Shown piece after piece: positions 21,055-30,414 of a DNA stretch of 61,593 bases (the first letter of the stretch is position 1; every line of letters starts with the position of its first letter). The position numbers were made by a program, and so were the translations under genes. Below the pieces are notes generated by a model. The model was not told where the DNA came from. It searched no databases and saw nothing but the letters and a program-made list of their open reading frames with translations. Origin of the DNA: a virus (Duplodnaviria > Caudoviricetes); the IMG/VR virus record IMGVR_UViG_3300022074_000038, positions 1 to 61,593 of that record; one strand, written 5' to 3'.

Positions 21055-22004
21055 TTGGATTGATCCTTCAACATTTGCGCCACATATTGCTCATTCGAGA
21101 TACCAAGCCGCTTGGCGAGAGAGGCTTGCGTCGAGGTTAATCGCACTGTGCGTGGCTTTTTAGTCGTTCTTGACGGTGCAGCAACCACGGAGCTGGATTG
21201 ACGTTGGGGTGCTTCTTCCTCTATTTGCCCATCGTCAAACTTATCTGGAAAGGCTTTTCTCATAGCCTTGTCTATTTCATCATAATAGGAATCGCTTCTT
21301 GGATCAATCCCTGATTGTACGAGCTTTTGGTGTACCCCATATGCAAAGCCTGTCATCTCAGGAGTTTCAGGATTTTCAAACCAAGTGTTCTTTTTCCCCC
21401 ACTCAAGAGCTTTTACATCAGGTTTATTAGCTTGCGGGGTAGGTTGAGCATACTGCGGCTGCTGCTGCGGCGCGGTTCTAACCTGCGGTTTATAATTATT
21501 TACCCTATCAGCTTCTACTTTTAAGGTAGTTAATTGCTCTTGCGCTTCTATTAAAGCATCAGGATCTCCTGACTCATATGCAGCTTTATATGCAGATTTA
21601 GCCTTGTCTAGTTGCGCTTCGATACGCCCTTTAGCCTGCCCAATAAGGGTTTCTTCACCCGCATCAAGGTTTTTTCGTAGCTGCTCGTTTTCAGATTTAA
21701 TCTGTTGAGCATACCGCAAAGCCTCTTCTTGTAGCCTGTGGGCCTCAAGTTTTTGCCGTTCTTGCTCTTGCGCTTCAAATTTTAACTTATTTATACGCTT
21801 TTGAACCCCGACAGAATATTTATCTATCTCATCGTCAGAAGGCACTTCTGGCTCTCTATCTTCTGCCAAACGTGGTTTCTCTTCTTCAGGAGTGTCGTCA
21901 GACACTTCTATTTCAAACGAATCATCCGCAACATCTTGTGTTTCAGGTGATTCGTTTTCAAGATCTTGTTCTGTAAGCTCTGGTTTATCTGCCAAGTTAT
22001 TCAT
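21051..22004 (-). CDS. Capsid scaffolding protein
   Basis: 317 aa with an acidic N-terminus and long coiled coil, between portal and MCP. Confidence 0.7.
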   Translation of the reverse strand: MNNLADKPELTEQDLENESPETQDVADDSFEIEVSDDTPEEEKPRLAEDREPEVPSDDEIDKYSVGVQKRINKLKFEAQEQERQKLEAHRLQEEALRYAQQIKSENEQLRKNLDAGEETLIGQAKGRIEAQLDKAKSAYKAAYESGDPDALIEAQEQLTTLKVEADRVNNYKPQVRTAPQQQPQYAQPTPQANKPDVKALEWGKKNTWFENPETPEMTGFAYGVHQKLVQSGIDPRSDSYYDEIDKAMRKAFPDKFDDGQIEEEAPQRQSSSVVAAPSRTTKKPRTVRLTSTQASLAKRLGISNEQYVAQMLKDQSK

Positions 22005-22399
22005 ACCCGTGTGTACCCCCGTGGATCTTCAACAACAGCTTCAATAGTATCATCGTTTACTAAACGAAACTCTTTCCCATGTATTTTAAATCTAGTTCCT
22101 GAATAAGATCTAAAGATTACAAAATCACCTTCTTTGCAGTAGGCTCCATTTGGAAATCTGTCTTTATCAGAATACGCATCAGGGCCAGTTTTAAGCACAA
22201 ACCCTATGATAGAAGCGGTTTCTTCTGCCTGCCTAAGTTGGTCAGGCATATACACCCCGCCTTCGGTCTTCTCATTAACCTCAACAGTGCTAATAAGAAC
22301 TTTGTAGCCTTTTGGTTCTGGTAACTGAGTTGCTACTTTATCGTCAGTTACTTTTTCATCTTTATACATTGCATATACCTTGCAGTGATTAAGGTTCAC
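22001..22399 (-). CDS. groES: Co-chaperonin GroES-like protein (real start probably ATG at 22369)
   Basis: PKGYKVLI, EKTEGGVYMP mobile loop, GDFVIFRSYSGTRFKIHGKEFRLVNDDTIEAVV. Confidence 0.8.
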   Translation of the reverse strand: MNLNHCKVYAMYKDEKVTDDKVATQLPEPKGYKVLISTVEVNEKTEGGVYMPDQLRQAEETASIIGFVLKTGPDAYSDKDRFPNGAYCKEGDFVIFRSYSGTRFKIHGKEFRLVNDDTIEAVVEDPRGYTRV

Positions 22400-22456
22400 A
22401 GAAACCTTGCGCGGTCTATCCGCGAAGCCCCCAATTACGAAATAGAATACTAGAAC

Positions 22457-22645
22457 TTATTGTGCAATAATTCTTTCTTCCAAATCAACTAAATCGGCTT
22501 CAATTAGTTTTAAAGCCTCATATCTCCCTACAAGACGACAGTAATCTTCCATAGATTGTGCTTGGCCCCCAGCCAAAAACTGTTCTATTTCCGTCTTGGA
22601 CTCGGATATGCTACGTTTCATCAACGCAACAACTGTATCATCCAT
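22457..22645 (-). CDS. Hypothetical protein
   Basis: 62 aa helical ORF overlapping the portal stop. Confidence 0.6.
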   Translation of the reverse strand: MDDTVVALMKRSISESKTEIEQFLAGGQAQSMEDYCRLVGRYEALKLIEADLVDLEERIIAQ

Positions 22646-25052
22646 CCCCCTTGCCTAGCTCCTTTGCTAATTCAACTCCCAGTTTCGCCCCAGCCTGCTG
22701 ATCTGCACGTTGGGAATTATCAAGATCGGTTGCCAGCTTAACTCCCAGCTTGGCACCCTCTCTTTGATTGGTGGCTTTAATCTTCTCAGCTTCAAGCTGA
22801 AGCTTAGCCGTGTCTAGTTGCATCTTATGCTGAAGCTCTTGCGCTTTTAGCTGAAGCTCTTGCTGTTGCATCTGTACAACAGGATCTTGTTGTTGCGCTT
22901 GAGCCTGCTGCTGAGACATCTCTGCCTGATCTTTCTTGAGAAGCTTCTCTGCTGCATCCTTAGCCAATCTAGAAATTTCAACCTCAACATCTTCAGGCAA
23001 TGGCTGATCTTCGCTAGGCATCTCGACCCCCAGCATCTTTTCCATTTCCCTACGATACTGAAAGGCAACATGTTCTGTAATATGAGCAGCCATTGCCTGT
23101 TGTATTACTTGGGCAAATGGAGACTGCCCTACCACCTGCATAATTTTTGGATCTTGTGCCGCAGCCATATGCACCGCTAGGTGAGCTTCGTGGTCTTGAT
23201 ACTTGAACGCTTTGACTGGTTCCTGCTTCAAGATCATCATGTTCTCAGTTACAGGGTCAGAAGGTTTAATATCTTCAGGTAGCTTGATTAAATCCTCCGC
23301 GTCTTGGATGCCAAGAACCTCAAGCATTTGCCTGTGCAGCTTACCCATGTCGTACAATTGGGGCGCTTGTTGCGCTAGTTGTAACGCGGCTTGATACTGC
23401 ATGATACGCTGCGCCATAGTAGCGGCGTTGGGGTCAGATACAGGTATAACGTCTATACGTTTGTCAAAATCAGCGGTTCGACTAAAATCACCATCGACCT
23501 CATATGCATACTCATCGGGCATATAATCGTGAACAATCTTAGACAAAAGTCGTAACTCTTTTTTCATGGCAGCATGGAGGCGGGCCTGTACACCAGACAT
23601 TACCTTCATTGAACGCTCCATAAGGGCAAGAGTTGTGCCCACAGGTGCCTGTGCGTTAGTATCTCCTACTTGGATGTCTGCGACTGAGCCAATTCGGCGT
23701 CCCTCTTCGACAATATTTCCAAGTAAAGAGTACAGTACGCTTGATGGCTCTTTGTAAGGGATAAACGTAATCGAGTCACGGATGGCACCGCCCGGTACGT
23801 CCACATCCCTAAATTCACCCGGCATAAGAGGAGTGTCGTCCCCCTTAATACGCATACCGCGAGCTTTAAGCCCTGCTGGCAAATTCGACAGTGTGCCAGC
23901 ATCAACCAACTGACGAAGGATAGAGGTAGCCGACTTAGCAAGGCCACCAATAAGGTGAATAAGCCCCGTTCCATAGAACCCAAGGCCCGGTAGATAACGG
24001 TAGTGTACAAAGTGTAGGCGTTTTTTCTTTTTAGCGTCATCTTCGTACCAATTCTTGCGTATAGATAATATCTCGCGTGACGACTTGTCTATAGTGACTA
24101 CATAAGGTCGCGCTATGCTATCAGGATCGTCAAACTCTTCAGGCATGTTCATTGTGACGTGCATCTCAAGAATTGTATGCCTATCATCATTTTCAAGAAC
24201 TGCGCTCTCACCATCAAGCTCGTCATACTTTTCTTGTATGTCAGAAAAATCAGGTGCAGGTGCGGGTAGCTCCACACCCCTATAGAAACCTGCAACTTGC
24301 AGCTCTAATATTTCGTTTTCTGTTTTTTTCATTACATGCGTATATCGTGGGCATGTCATTAGATCCGTAGCGCCATAAGACGCTACAAAGTCCTCTGACG
24401 GGACAAACACCGCACAAGGTCTGTCCATAAGTGGATCATAGTATACCTTCTTGAACGCAGACCCCGCCAATGGAAGCTTAAACAACATCTGCTCCATCTC
24501 GTCGCGGTACTCTGTCATCTCCTCTGTTAAAAGGTAATTCATCTCATTCTGCACACGTTCAGCTTGGTCAAACTTCTCTGGAGTGAGCTTACCCATAATT
24601 TTGCTTTTTACAGGGCCTGAAGCAGGGAACAGCTCTCCCATAGCCTGCGCCTGAAACCTAACAACTGATTCTGTAAGAACTGGATGAAAAACTCCAGACG
24701 CCCCTGCCCAAGGCTGCTGACGCTCCTCAATCTTCATACCAAGAAGATCTAAGCCTTTTACATAAGCCCTAGCCCAGTCGGCACGAGACTCACGATCAGA
24801 CTCAAAATCACTCACAAGCTCAGACGCCATAGCCTCAAGATCTGCTTCGTCTATAAATTCAGCTAGATTTGAATCATGGTCTTGCCCCATCAGTTGCCCT
24901 GACAGGCCACCTTCAAAATCAATTATAACCCCGCCATCTTCAGTTTCCATAGAAACAGCTTCAGGGTTTATAACTTCGATAGTAAGTTCTTCTTCCGTAG
25001 GATCTGTATCTATCTCTAAATCAGAAGGAACTAAGGGTTTTTCTACAGCCAT
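22638..25052 (-). CDS. Portal protein
   Basis: 804 aa; LAGSAFKKVYYD, GFYGTGLIHLIG, Gln-rich coiled-coil C-terminus; lies between terminase and scaffold. Confidence 0.85.
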   Translation of the reverse strand: MAVEKPLVPSDLEIDTDPTEEELTIEVINPEAVSMETEDGGVIIDFEGGLSGQLMGQDHDSNLAEFIDEADLEAMASELVSDFESDRESRADWARAYVKGLDLLGMKIEERQQPWAGASGVFHPVLTESVVRFQAQAMGELFPASGPVKSKIMGKLTPEKFDQAERVQNEMNYLLTEEMTEYRDEMEQMLFKLPLAGSAFKKVYYDPLMDRPCAVFVPSEDFVASYGATDLMTCPRYTHVMKKTENEILELQVAGFYRGVELPAPAPDFSDIQEKYDELDGESAVLENDDRHTILEMHVTMNMPEEFDDPDSIARPYVVTIDKSSREILSIRKNWYEDDAKKKKRLHFVHYRYLPGLGFYGTGLIHLIGGLAKSATSILRQLVDAGTLSNLPAGLKARGMRIKGDDTPLMPGEFRDVDVPGGAIRDSITFIPYKEPSSVLYSLLGNIVEEGRRIGSVADIQVGDTNAQAPVGTTLALMERSMKVMSGVQARLHAAMKKELRLLSKIVHDYMPDEYAYEVDGDFSRTADFDKRIDVIPVSDPNAATMAQRIMQYQAALQLAQQAPQLYDMGKLHRQMLEVLGIQDAEDLIKLPEDIKPSDPVTENMMILKQEPVKAFKYQDHEAHLAVHMAAAQDPKIMQVVGQSPFAQVIQQAMAAHITEHVAFQYRREMEKMLGVEMPSEDQPLPEDVEVEISRLAKDAAEKLLKKDQAEMSQQQAQAQQQDPVVQMQQQELQLKAQELQHKMQLDTAKLQLEAEKIKATNQREGAKLGVKLATDLDNSQRADQQAGAKLGVELAKELGKGDG

Positions 25053-25235
25053 GTGCGCTCCATAAGCGTTGCTTGCGGGTAACTTATCATTTTAATGCCC
25101 AGCGGTCTAGTGTCGAGGTGGGCAACTTGGGGGAAGCCGCCACACCTCGACTAGGGTACTGGGAGATGTACCCTATTTACCCTTTATCTCAAGCGGTCTG
25201 TTGAAACAAATATTATATTCCTGTATTGAGAGATC

Positions 25236-25457
25236 ATGGATAACATGCTGATTTGGAACATCGTATTAACTTTTGTGGTTCTACCCATAGGGTGGTGGGC
25301 CAATCAAATCGCATCTGAAGTCAAGCGCCTTAATATTCTTTTGAACATGACAAGAGAGAATTATATAAAGAGGGAAGAACACGCGGGGGAACTTGGGAGA
25401 GTTGTTGACCACCTCGTTAGACTTGAAGGCAAGATAGATAAGCTTGCAGAGAAATAG
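25236..25457 (+). CDS. Small membrane-anchored coiled-coil protein
   Basis: 73 aa; N-terminal TM, C-terminal RLEGKIDKL coiled coil. Confidence 0.65.
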   Translation: MDNMLIWNIVLTFVVLPIGWWANQIASEVKRLNILLNMTRENYIKREEHAGELGRVVDHLVRLEGKIDKLAEK

Positions 25458-25476
25458 GGGGAGATAGGCATGAGAT

Positions 25477-25665
25477 ATGTTTATATGCGCCCTAACAGCA
25501 ATATTCGCTAGTCAAAGCCCTATTATAGGTCTGCATCAGACCTGTGAATACAGGTGCCCTAGAGAAATTTCACAGTTTTATTATCAATACCCAGCTAAAG
25601 TCAGAGTGCCTTGGAAGCACTTCTGTCCACCATACATTGTTGTTGGTCGGGGAAGAGAGACATGA
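25477..25665 (+). CDS. Small Cys-containing, possibly secreted protein
   Basis: 62 aa; hydrophobic N-terminus, CEYRC and FCP motifs; its stop overlaps the next ATG (ATGA). Confidence 0.5.
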   Translation: MFICALTAIFASQSPIIGLHQTCEYRCPREISQFYYQYPAKVRVPWKHFCPPYIVVGRGRET

Positions 25666-26105
25666 TTGATCCATTTACGGCGCTTGCTGCTGTAAAATCC
25701 GCCGTATCCGCAGGTAAGGAACTCGTCAACGTCACAAAGCAGATCGGTGAGTTTTTTGACGGGGTGGATGATCTACGAGCAGCACATGAGAAAAAGAAAA
25801 ACAGTTTGTTCTCTGGATCAGATGAAAACGCTATGGAGACTTTTGTGAATTTACAAAAAGCCAGAGACGCAGAGGAGGAGCTTCGTCAGATCGTCATTGC
25901 AACCAGAGGCTTTAGCGCGTGGGGCGAATTGCAAGCTATACGTGTACAAGCACGAAAAGACCGCAAAGCAAAGGTTGAGGCTGATAGGAAACGCAAGGCA
26001 AAGCTAATTGAGAGAATTGTTATTTATGGTGGGGCCATAGTTATTGTTTCTATAATGATAGGTATCACTGTTGTAATTATTCTCGCAAAACAGGGTAGGA
26101 TATGA
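25662..26105 (+). CDS. Membrane protein (coiled coil + C-terminal TM)
   Basis: Likely start is MIDPFTALAAVK at 25662 (ATGA overlap); C-terminal TM IVIYGGAIVIVSIMIGITVVIIL. Confidence 0.7.
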   Translation: MIDPFTALAAVKSAVSAGKELVNVTKQIGEFFDGVDDLRAAHEKKKNSLFSGSDENAMETFVNLQKARDAEEELRQIVIATRGFSAWGELQAIRVQARKDRKAKVEADRKRKAKLIERIVIYGGAIVIVSIMIGITVVIILAKQGRI

Positions 26106-26356
26106 GTGACGGTTTATCGGGTATAGGTTCAGCCCCGTTTAACATACAGTCGGATATCCATCAGCAAACTCAAAGTCGTGAGCGAATAGAAGCTCACCTT
26201 GCTGAGCAGAGGGTAGAGAAAGAACATAGGGCTAATCACAGCCACCTAGAGGCACTTGCCAAGCAAAGGTTTGACTTGGGAGAAGCGTATGACCGCTTTG
26301 GTCGCAAAACTAACGCAGATCGGCCCCAAGGAACTAAAATAAACATAGAAGTTTAG
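26102..26356 (+). CDS. Hypothetical protein
   Basis: 84 aa; ATGA overlap with the upstream gene; converges on the terL stop. Confidence 0.6.
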   Translation: MSDGLSGIGSAPFNIQSDIHQQTQSRERIEAHLAEQRVEKEHRANHSHLEALAKQRFDLGEAYDRFGRKTNADRPQGTKINIEV

Positions 26357-27918
26357 TAATATTCCACAGGTCTACGGTATGTAGGTTCATCATCCCACTC
26401 ATCTGTGGGTAATCTGATGAACCCGCCCTGCCTAAATCGCAACAACGCCATGACTGTAGAGTCAACAAGGTCATCGTTAGACATAAACGGGAACCCCGCC
26501 ACCTCTTCTATGACTTCCTCGGCCCAACGCTTGGCTGGTGCCCACACAAACCCGCTGGCGATGATGTCTGATACACTATTAAGGCGAGCCATTTTGTCTC
26601 CAGTACCCCTATGAGGTGTATATTCCTGTATTGGGAGGCCCATACGGCGCAATTCTTGGTATAAAGCTACGCCAGAGGACTTTTTCTCCACAATAAACGA
26701 GTCTGGCTCCCAAGTATTGTACTCTTCAAGCGCCATACCCTTTAATTCTGGAAATTCTAGGCGTTCTTTGATGCTATTTAGCAAAATTATGTGGTGTGCG
26801 TTCTCTTCTTCGTTAAAAAACACGCCCCAAGTCGTCAATGCGGTGTAATCGGCGCGATTATTCTTCTCTGCGGCAGCATCAAGCGACATAATTATGTATT
26901 CACAGTGGGGTGGGTCGTCTTTTGTCCATATTTGCCACCATTCCCGCTTAACAATCGACGCTTCTTCGGCTGTCGGCTGCTGTTGGTACTGCGAATTCCA
27001 CTGAAATGTAGGCATCGATGCTTTTGTGCGCAGCAATGCGGTCAAATCAAAGAACTCAGGCCATAACGGCTTCTGTGTCGGCTTACCATCAGAGTCCTCG
27101 CTATCCAAAATAGCGGGGAACTCTACAATTTCGTACTGATCTGACTCTGGATTCTTGACCATATCGGTCGTCACACGCCCCGTGAGGTCGTCCATGTGCC
27201 AACGAGTCTGAATTATTGCAACCCTACCGCCCGGCATAAGGCGAGTACGGGCACCGAAGGTGAACCACTCGTATGCTTTTTCAAACACAGAGAAGTTTCC
27301 GTTAATAACATCCTGCTCAGAATGAGGATCATCAACAAGCAGAAGATCAGCACCACGTCCCGCAAGTGCAGACCCAATACCACACGCATAATATTCTCCT
27401 CCGAAGTTTGTATTCCACCGCCCCGCAGACTTACTGTCCACCGCCAACGATACCTGCGGAAATATTTCTTTGTAGTCGTCTACCGATATCAAGTTTCTAA
27501 CCTTACGCCCAAAGTCCACAGCAAGATCGGTAGTGTGAGACACCATCATAACCTTCTTACCGGGATTGCGCCCCAAGAACCACGCAGGGAAGAAGATACT
27601 CACAAGCTGCGATTTACCATGTCGGGGTGGGATGTTGACACATATACGGTCTTTACCCCCCTGCTCAATGTCCATCAGCATGTCTGCGAGGATGCGGTGG
27701 TGCTTGCCAACCTTATAATCTGGCTGCATCCGCTTACAAAACTCTATTAGATCGTCTTTGGCGTTGTCGTTACGCTGCCTACTTGCCAACTCCTCAACAA
27801 TTTTATCTATCTCCCCTAGTTCTTGAGGATCAAATTTATCTAAATTTTCTAAAACCTGTTGTATATCTTCTAGGGAGAAATCCATACCTGCTGCAATCTC
27901 GGCAAGATTAGTCGTCAT
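26353..27918 (-). CDS. terL: Terminase large subunit
   Basis: Walker A NIPPRHGKS, Walker B LLLVDDPH, IQTRWH, nuclease motifs SLDAA and NDDLVDS. Confidence 0.92.
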   Translation of the reverse strand: MTTNLAEIAAGMDFSLEDIQQVLENLDKFDPQELGEIDKIVEELASRQRNDNAKDDLIEFCKRMQPDYKVGKHHRILADMLMDIEQGGKDRICVNIPPRHGKSQLVSIFFPAWFLGRNPGKKVMMVSHTTDLAVDFGRKVRNLISVDDYKEIFPQVSLAVDSKSAGRWNTNFGGEYYACGIGSALAGRGADLLLVDDPHSEQDVINGNFSVFEKAYEWFTFGARTRLMPGGRVAIIQTRWHMDDLTGRVTTDMVKNPESDQYEIVEFPAILDSEDSDGKPTQKPLWPEFFDLTALLRTKASMPTFQWNSQYQQQPTAEEASIVKREWWQIWTKDDPPHCEYIIMSLDAAAEKNNRADYTALTTWGVFFNEEENAHHIILLNSIKERLEFPELKGMALEEYNTWEPDSFIVEKKSSGVALYQELRRMGLPIQEYTPHRGTGDKMARLNSVSDIIASGFVWAPAKRWAEEVIEEVAGFPFMSNDDLVDSTVMALLRFRQGGFIRLPTDEWDDEPTYRRPVEYY

Positions 27919-28501
27919 CTAAACCTAACTCCTTGTCTACATTTATCGCACTGCCCTCAACTACGATAGCGTCTTCAACCGTGGGTTCAGGCTTCATTAA
28001 ACGAGTTAGTTTATCTCGCAACCTATCTTTAAGGTCATCTGTAGTCTGGTGGGTTATGGTAACTTCTGTTTTTTCAGCAAACAATCCTACATCACTGATC
28101 TTACCCAATAACTCCAAGGCACGTATACGCACCCGTGGGTCGGGGTTCTCTGTCTCCTCAATCAGTTTGTTTGTGACGAGGTGCCTTACCTGCGTAGCCG
28201 ATTTTACTACAGAATGACCAAAATCTTTCAAGATGCGATCTGTCATCAGCAGGGTGGCTGGGGTGAGGTGGGCTACCCGCTTAGGGGTTGCAGCCTTTGA
28301 AGTTTTATCTGGGTCTTCCGCGTAAGACACCGCCAGTGCAGCAGCCACATCCTTGTCTTCTTGGTTAGGTTTTATTTCTAATCCATTCTCGTGGAGTAGC
28401 TCTACCGTCCCAGCAGCGGCACTGGCTTTTACTGCGAGATCTTTAAGTTTGGGTGGGGTGCGTTGAGCGACCCCTTTTTCGGGTTCGATATGTATAGCCA
28501 T
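27908..28501 (-). CDS. Terminase small subunit (putative)
   Basis: 197 aa directly upstream of terL; RIRALELLGKI..VGLF motif. Confidence 0.65.
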   Translation of the reverse strand: MAIHIEPEKGVAQRTPPKLKDLAVKASAAAGTVELLHENGLEIKPNQEDKDVAAALAVSYAEDPDKTSKAATPKRVAHLTPATLLMTDRILKDFGHSVVKSATQVRHLVTNKLIEETENPDPRVRIRALELLGKISDVGLFAEKTEVTITHQTTDDLKDRLRDKLTRLMKPEPTVEDAIVVEGSAINVDKELGLDDD

Positions 28502-28629
28502 GTTCGCAACATAGTTAGATTTAATAGAAACGCAAAATATTTGTGCGGAATAGTATTATATAGTTGCTGTGTGTGCGTGTCGTACAGGGGGGGTCGGGGG
28601 TAGGTGGGGTTACGCCTAGCGTCAAAAAG

Positions 28630-28644
28630 GTAGTGGTTCACTAC
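28630..28644. promoter_or_regulatory. First copy of the recurrent palindrome GTAGTG-N3-CACTAC (putative operator)
   Basis: GTAGTGGTTCACTAC; further copies at 29612, 29741, 30070, 30224, 30665, 33363, 37061 and 42764. Confidence 0.6.
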
Positions 28645-28776
28645 ATTTTACAATTATCTACCATCTGGCGCGGCTGATACTAAGACACAAGGTGACATAT
28701 CACGTATAAAGCTCTTGTCAGGCGGCGATGGACGCCACTGATTAAACCTTAATCATGTTACATAGGAGAATATGAC

Positions 28777-29322
28777 ATGACACATACACCAAAACTGAAC
28801 GACGAACTAGGCAAGCAAATTTCAGCAGTCGCAAACCTTGCCCATAAAGACAATAAGGCAAAAGCCAAGTTGTTAGATCTATTCGTGGCAAGCAATTTTG
28901 CCAGTACTGATTTGATATCGCCGACCAGCGAGGGTTCAACAGCGTCTGTTGAAACATTCAATTGGGTCAAGAGCTGCATATTCGCGGGGTTCCCGAAAGG
29001 GGTTCAAGATTTACTTGAATTGTCAGCCAAAGCAGCGGGTGACAAATTAGTAGACGGGCAGAATAGAGCCTATTGGAAACGTCAGCCGAATAGCATAATC
29101 GGTAACATGCAAACGTCTCTGCGCAAACGTGAAGAGATTGATGCAGAGATAGCATCAGGCAAGCAGGGCGCGGATGCTAGAACACGTTCTAAGGAAGCCG
29201 TTGTTCGGGAAGCCCTTGAAGACTGCGTTAAGCGTATGCAAAAGGCTGAAACATTCCAGTCTGATATGGCAATGGATGACATGATCCAAATGTTGAATAC
29301 GCTAATAAAAGCTATTGGCTAA
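28777..29322 (+). CDS. Early hypothetical protein
   Basis: 181 aa; AGGAG RBS; first gene of the rightward arm. Confidence 0.7.
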   Translation: MTHTPKLNDELGKQISAVANLAHKDNKAKAKLLDLFVASNFASTDLISPTSEGSTASVETFNWVKSCIFAGFPKGVQDLLELSAKAAGDKLVDGQNRAYWKRQPNSIIGNMQTSLRKREEIDAEIASGKQGADARTRSKEAVVREALEDCVKRMQKAETFQSDMAMDDMIQMLNTLIKAIG

Positions 29323-29528
29323 TGCAGCACATCAGCAAGTATACGCTGGCATTGATTGCGCGGGTTCCGCGCAATCAATTGCTTAATAGTCGAAACTATC
29401 TTATCGATATTTATGGGATGGAAACATGGATAACATTGCTAGAATTAAATGCATCATACGAGAACAAGTTGAAGTATGGGGTTTCGCATACACAGTCTGG
29501 TTTTACATTGCGGCAACCGCCGCGATAA
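29322..29528 (+). CDS. Hypothetical protein
   Basis: 68 aa; TAATG overlap with the upstream stop; followed by a terminator. Confidence 0.5.
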   Translation: MQHISKYTLALIARVPRNQLLNSRNYLIDIYGMETWITLLELNASYENKLKYGVSHTQSGFTLRQPPR

Positions 29529-29566
29529 CACTGTTCACACTGACAATACTTTTTATCTAACTTACC

Positions 29567-29597
29567 GCCCCGAGCCGAAAGGTTCGGGGCTTTTTTT
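29567..29597 (+). terminator. Rho-independent terminator
   Basis: GCCCCGAGCC-gaaa-GGTTCGGGGC followed by T7. Confidence 0.85.
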
Positions 29598-29629
29598 GTG
29601 TCTTCATTTTGGTAGTAATTCACTACCCC

Positions 29630-29790
29630 ATCGAAGCCAGTTCTCGAAGCAGCATTGCGTCCTAGCCGACCAGTTGGCCCCTTCTGTTCCACACCACACA
29701 AAAAGAAGTTGGCGTGTCATATACAACAGTCTGGAAAAGAGTAGTGATCCACTACCTTATCGAAGCCAGTTCTCGAAGCAGCATTGCGTC
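29630..29790 (+). repeat. Exact 32-bp direct repeat
   Basis: ATCGAAGCCAGTTCTCGAAGCAGCATTGCGTC at 29630-29661 and 29759-29790. Confidence 0.9.
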
Positions 29791-29795
29791 TTTTG

Positions 29796-30053
29796 TAATG
29801 TTCGCAAAGAAGTTCCCTAATGTTCGTTTTTGCATAAAAATAAGTTATTGATTTTATTATAATGTTCCTAATGTTCCTAATGTTCGCAATTTAAAAAGAT
29901 ACACTTCATACGCGACCCCCTCTTTATTGAGATTGTTCGGCTCGCAAATACAATCCTACCCCCCCTTCATAACCCAAGAACAAAAGAACTTTAGAACATT
30001 ACTTTACAATCAAATACTTACAGCCACCACTAAACGAACATTAACGAACATTA
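29796..30053. repeat. Inverted octamer cluster, putative replication origin
   Basis: TAATGTTC at 29796, 29818, 29860, 29869 and 29878; its reverse complement GAACATTA at 29994, 30036 and 30046; AT-rich and non-coding. Confidence 0.6.
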
Positions 30054-30138
30054 CTCTAGCGCCAGTATTGTAGTGAAACACTACCATAAAACGAACAATA
30101 TATACCCACGTCAGAAAACAAACTATACATCAGAAAGC

Positions 30139-30167
30139 TTGACATTTACCATCTTATGTGATATTAT
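30139..30167 (+). promoter_or_regulatory. Sigma70-type early promoter
   Basis: TTGACA-17 bp-TATTAT with an extended -10 TG; flanked by palindromes at 30070 and 30224. Confidence 0.75.
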
Positions 30168-30258
30168 ACATATAAGTTGTCAGGAGACTGACAACGACAC
30201 GGCAACCCTGCCTCAACAAAAGTGTAGTGAAACACTACCGAAAACAATGGAGAACAGC

Positions 30259-30414
30259 ATGTGGTATGAGATTGTGCATCGCGTGAACTGGTACACTACC
30301 GACAGATATACTGTCTGGCTAAAGACAAAGGATGATGTCTGGCCCCTTTTAGATCATCTAGAAATCAACGAGTGCCTGATGCACGAGTACAATGGAGAAC
30401 AACATGGCACGTAA
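30259..30414 (+). CDS. Small early hypothetical protein
   Basis: ATGGAGAACAGC-ATG RBS; MWYEIVHRVNW..., 51 aa (3' part of track ORF 30073..30414). Confidence 0.55.
   Translation: MWYEIVHRVNWYTTDRYTVWLKTKDDVWPLLDHLEINECLMHEYNGEQHGT

Noticed and set aside
29630-29790. 32-bp repeat as a mini-CRISPR or att site
   Set aside because: Only two copies, 97 bp apart, each tied to a palindrome; no integrase or cas adaptation genes.
29796-30053. Alphaproteobacterial LexA boxes (GTTC-N7-GTTC)
   Set aside because: The spacings between adjacent GTTC or GAAC units that I checked are 4, 5, 6 or 8, not 7.
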